Shown here piece by piece: positions 55,566 through 58,427 of a DNA stretch of 58,427 bases. Each line of letters starts with the position of its first letter. The stretch's first letter is position 1. The notes beneath the pieces were generated by a model. It was given only the letters and a program-made list of their open reading frames with translations. It searched no databases and was not told where the DNA came from. Origin of the DNA: Dehalococcoidia bacterium (GTDB taxonomy: Bacteria; Chloroflexota; Dehalococcoidia; DSTF01; RBG-16-68-14); NCBI GenBank assembly GCA_040882355.1, contig JBBEBM010000035.1, forward strand, positions 62,001 to 120,427, given 5' to 3'. The translations under genes were made by a program, and so were the position numbers.

Positions 55566-56477
55566 GTGATCCTTGTCACCGGTGGTACAGGGCTGGCCGG
55601 ATCGGCGGCCGTGCGTGAGCTGGCACGTCGCGGCGAACCGGTCGCCGTGCTCAGCCGCGACGACGCAGGCGCGGTGGCGCGGCGCTTTCCCAATCTGCAC
55701 GTCGAGGCGCGCCAGGGCGACGTGCGCGACCCGGAGAGCCTGCACGCGGCGTTTCAGGGCGTCACAGCCGTGATTAACGCCGTCCAGTTCCCGAACAGCC
55801 CGATCGAGAACAAACGCAAGGGGTGGACGTTCGAGCAGATCGACTTCCAGGGCACCGTCAACCAGGTCGCGGCGGCGAAAGCGGCGGGCGTCGGGCGCTT
55901 CGTCTACGTCAGCGGGGCCGGCGCGGCGCCGGACGCGGAGAAGCACTGGTTCGCCTTCAAGTGGCGCGCCGAGGAGGCGATTCGCGCCAGCGGCATCCCG
56001 CACGTCATCCTGCGGGCGACCTGGCTCTACGGACCTGAGGATGTGGCGCTCAACCGCTTCATCGGCTTCGCGCGCCGGCTACCCTTCGTGCCGACGTTCG
56101 GCAACGGCCGGCAGCTCATGCAGCCGCTCTTCGTCGACGACCTGGGTCGGGTGCTGGCCAACGCCGTCGAACGAGCTGAGGCCGCCGACCAGACCCTCGA
56201 GTTCGGCGGGCCGGAGCGGATGGCGATGGACGAGGTGATTCGCACGGCGCTCGAGGTCGCCGGCCTGCGTAAGCCGGTCCTGCACCAGCCGGTCCTCGTC
56301 GGCAAGCTGATCGGTACGCTCGCCGGCCTGCTGCCGAACCCGCCGCTCACGGCGGACGCGATCGACTTCATCACCCACGACGCCGTCGCCGACAACACGG
56401 CTCTCGAGCGTGTCTTCGCCCCCAAACTGACGCCCCTCCGCGAGGGCCTCGCCACCTATGTGGGAGCGCCGTCATGA
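55566..56477 (+). CDS. NAD(P)-binding atypical SDR (NDUFA9-like)
   Basis: ILVTGGTGLAG, GVGRFVYVS, K..AEE, QPLFVDD, GGPE. Confidence 0.88.
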   Translation: MILVTGGTGLAGSAAVRELARRGEPVAVLSRDDAGAVARRFPNLHVEARQGDVRDPESLHAAFQGVTAVINAVQFPNSPIENKRKGWTFEQIDFQGTVNQVAAAKAAGVGRFVYVSGAGAAPDAEKHWFAFKWRAEEAIRASGIPHVILRATWLYGPEDVALNRFIGFARRLPFVPTFGNGRQLMQPLFVDDLGRVLANAVERAEAADQTLEFGGPERMAMDEVIRTALEVAGLRKPVLHQPVLVGKLIGTLAGLLPNPPLTADAIDFITHDAVADNTALERVFAPKLTPLREGLATYVGAPS

Positions 56478-57013
56478 AGGCGCGGCACGTCCTCACCGCG
56501 CTCGGCCTGGCGCTCGCCGCGCTGGTGGCGGGCCCCTCGCTCGTGCGGGGGCGTCGCTACACCGTTGAGCGCGAGGTGATGGTGCCTGTGCCGCCCGAAG
56601 AGGCCTTCGCCTTCTTCGCGGATCCGGCCAACCTGCCGAAGGTAATGCCGCCCTGGCTCGGCTTCCGGCTCGTCCGCATCGACGGGCTGCCGATGCGCGC
56701 CGGCACGACGATCGAGTACACCGTGCGGGCGCTCGGCGCGCCTCAGCGCTCCACCGTGCGTGTAGAGGAGTTCGAGGCCGGCGTGCGGTTCGTTGACGCG
56801 CAGGAGCGGGGCCCGTACCGCTACTGGCGTCACGAGCACGCCTTCGAGGAGTGGCACGGCGGGACGCTGGTGCGCGATCGCGTCGAGTACGAGCTGCCGT
56901 ACGGTGTGTTGGGACGCGTCGCGAACACGATGCTCGTCGCCCGTCAGCTCCAGCAGGCCTTGGACTACCGCACGCTTGCGATCGCCCGGCTCTTCGCCGA
57001 GGGCCAGGCCTAA
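56474..57013 (+). CDS. SRPBCC family protein
   Basis: FAFFADPANL...PP, FVD.Q..GPY..W.HEH.F, D.V.Y..P.G. Confidence 0.88.
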   Translation: MKARHVLTALGLALAALVAGPSLVRGRRYTVEREVMVPVPPEEAFAFFADPANLPKVMPPWLGFRLVRIDGLPMRAGTTIEYTVRALGAPQRSTVRVEEFEAGVRFVDAQERGPYRYWRHEHAFEEWHGGTLVRDRVEYELPYGVLGRVANTMLVARQLQQALDYRTLAIARLFAEGQA

Positions 57014-57738
57014 GGCGAGGCCGCCTCGCCCTCACCCTGGTGCTGCAAGACCGGGCGCCCGTCGACCATCGCGCGCTGCCAGCCGGCGGGGGCGCGGCCC
57101 ATGATCAGCGACACTCGCGGGATCGGCGGGAGCAGGAACGGCCGCAGGTGCGCCTGCTCCACCCAGTCGAACCCGCAGTCGTAGGCGATGTCGCGCAGCT
57201 CGCGGTAGCTGCGCAAGCGCGCGTTCGGCGCCTCGCGCTCCAGCAGCCAGCGGTTCCAGCGGTCGAGCGCCTGCGAGCGCGTCGGGGCGAACTCCCACGC
57301 GAGGAAGAGGCCGCCCGGCTTGAGCACGCGCAGCCCCTCCAGCAGACAGGTGCGCAGCTCGTCGTCCGGGAGCCGGCGGAAGGCGTGGCCCGCGATGAGC
57401 AGGTCGAAACGGCTGCCGGCGAAGGGCAACGCTTCGCTCGCGGCCTGGCCGAGCTCGACCGGCGGCCCGCCCTCGCCCGCCATGTCGCGCCGCGCCTGCG
57501 AGAGCGCTGCTCGTGACATGTCGACGCCCAGCGGCGGCCTCTCGAGCCCGGCCCGGTCGGCGATGACGCGCAGCACGCTCGCCCGCCCGCACGCGACATC
57601 GAGGACGCGCCAGGCGGGCTGCATGCGCAGCTCCTCGGGCAGCGTAAAGGTGGCGGTGTTGACGAGGATCTGGCCGGGCACGCTGCCCGCGAACCGCGAA
57701 GCAATGCACAGCGCGCCGCGCCAGAAGTCGGGGGACAT
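57010..57738 (-). CDS. class I SAM-dependent methyltransferase
   Basis: VLDVACGRA, GVDMS, ALPFAGSRFD, RVLKPGG; start ATG 57738. Confidence 0.88.
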   Translation of the reverse strand: MSPDFWRGALCIASRFAGSVPGQILVNTATFTLPEELRMQPAWRVLDVACGRASVLRVIADRAGLERPPLGVDMSRAALSQARRDMAGEGGPPVELGQAASEALPFAGSRFDLLIAGHAFRRLPDDELRTCLLEGLRVLKPGGLFLAWEFAPTRSQALDRWNRWLLEREAPNARLRSYRELRDIAYDCGFDWVEQAHLRPFLLPPIPRVSLIMGRAPAGWQRAMVDGRPVLQHQGEGEAASP

Positions 57739-58172
57739 CAGTCCATAGTATATGTCAGCCTCAGCCCTGCGCCCTGCGCCGCCGCCCGCGCGGCGATGCG
57801 CGCCAGCTCCTCGATGCGGTCGCGCAGGCTGGGGAAGTCGGCGAGCTGTTCGCGGACCGCCTCGTCCGCATCGATGGCCGCGACGACGCGCTCGCAGCAT
57901 TCGGCCAGCGGCGCGGCTTCCTGCCAGGCGCGCTCCAGGTCGCGCTCGTCCGCGGGGTCGTCGGCGTCTCGGTCCGCGAACGTGAGCAGCGGGCGCAGGT
58001 CGATCTTGTGGGCGCCGCCGCGGAGCAGCAGCGACGCCTTCGCCAGCTCGTGCTGGGCGCCGTAGCGCGCCGCGAACCCGAACGAGAGGAAGTAGACGAG
58101 CGGTGCCGTGTCGCCGGCGAACGCGGCGCGCGGCTCGCCGGGCGAGTCGACATCGACGTAAAGGGTGGGCAT
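57738..58172 (-). CDS. hypothetical protein coupled to the methyltransferase
   Basis: MPTLYVDVDS...; TGA overlaps the next ATG; typical codon usage. Confidence 0.65.
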   Translation of the reverse strand: MPTLYVDVDSPGEPRAAFAGDTAPLVYFLSFGFAARYGAQHELAKASLLLRGGAHKIDLRPLLTFADRDADDPADERDLERAWQEAAPLAECCERVVAAIDADEAVREQLADFPSLRDRIEELARIAARAAAQGAGLRLTYTMD

Positions 58173-58334
58173 GGTCGCAGTGTAGCCCACCCACCTCGCA
58201 GGCCAGGCTGAAGGCCTGGCCCAGGGTTGCATCCTCGGTGCCGCGGACTTCCAGTCCGCAGTCCCATAGGTTTGCGCTGGCTGCGGGGGTGGTAGACTAG
58301 TGCGTTCGCCAGGGATGCGGAGACCGGAGCTAGC

Positions 58335-58427
58335 ATGTCCATCGACCAGGTAACCATGCGCCGCACGCGCAAGCTGGGCCTCACCGCCCACGACGCGTCC
58401 CAAGCATGGCAGGGCTACACCCTCTAC
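58335..58427 (+). CDS. partial CDS, possibly aryl-sulfate sulfotransferase N-terminus
   Basis: GGAG RBS then MSIDQVTMRRTRKLGLTAHDASQAWQGYTLY, open to the window edge; family call from recalled GL.AHD...GYTL pattern. Confidence 0.45.
   Translation, partial: MSIDQVTMRRTRKLGLTAHDASQAWQGYTLY

Overview
High-GC bacterial chromosomal segment of mostly core genes. Gene content suggests Chloroflexota, probably Dehalococcoidia-like (inference, not a database result). The window probably spans the replication-origin region. rnpA (partial) and rpmH, both absent from the ORF track, lie at the left edge. About 48 kb away, dnaA is followed by a compact candidate oriC (tandem degenerate DnaA boxes, GCC, then an AT-rich trio-like tract at ~50.05 kb), where strand C/G bias and gene orientation appear to flip. 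Between them are three tRNAs (His-GUG, Arg-UCG, Ser-UGA), a DosS/DosR-like two-component locus with a USP, sucC/sucD split by three genes, a Cys-rich ECF sigma with a ZAS anti-sigma and an FAD oxidoreductase, glpQ with Pho-box-like repeats, a fragmented tetrapyrrole cluster (sirC-hemA-hemC-cobA/hemD...hemB...hemL) headed by an uncharacterised HTH regulator, and dapB, pnp, rpsO, pepA, coaBC and coaX. Right of the origin are nadD, a resA-resB-lgt-like operon and a 3D-domain gene. A recurring theme is single passenger genes (GIY-YIG, Fic, DUF4062, AbrB, PD-(D/E)XK-like, DHFR-like) wedged into conserved operons. Several carry their own repeat structures: 26-bp inverted repeats bracket the GIY-YIG gene, a 72-bp-period palindromic array precedes fic, and a duplicated gene start flanks the DHFR-like gene. 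No CRISPR array, rRNA, integrase or transposase was seen. All calls are from reading the sequence; no searches were run.
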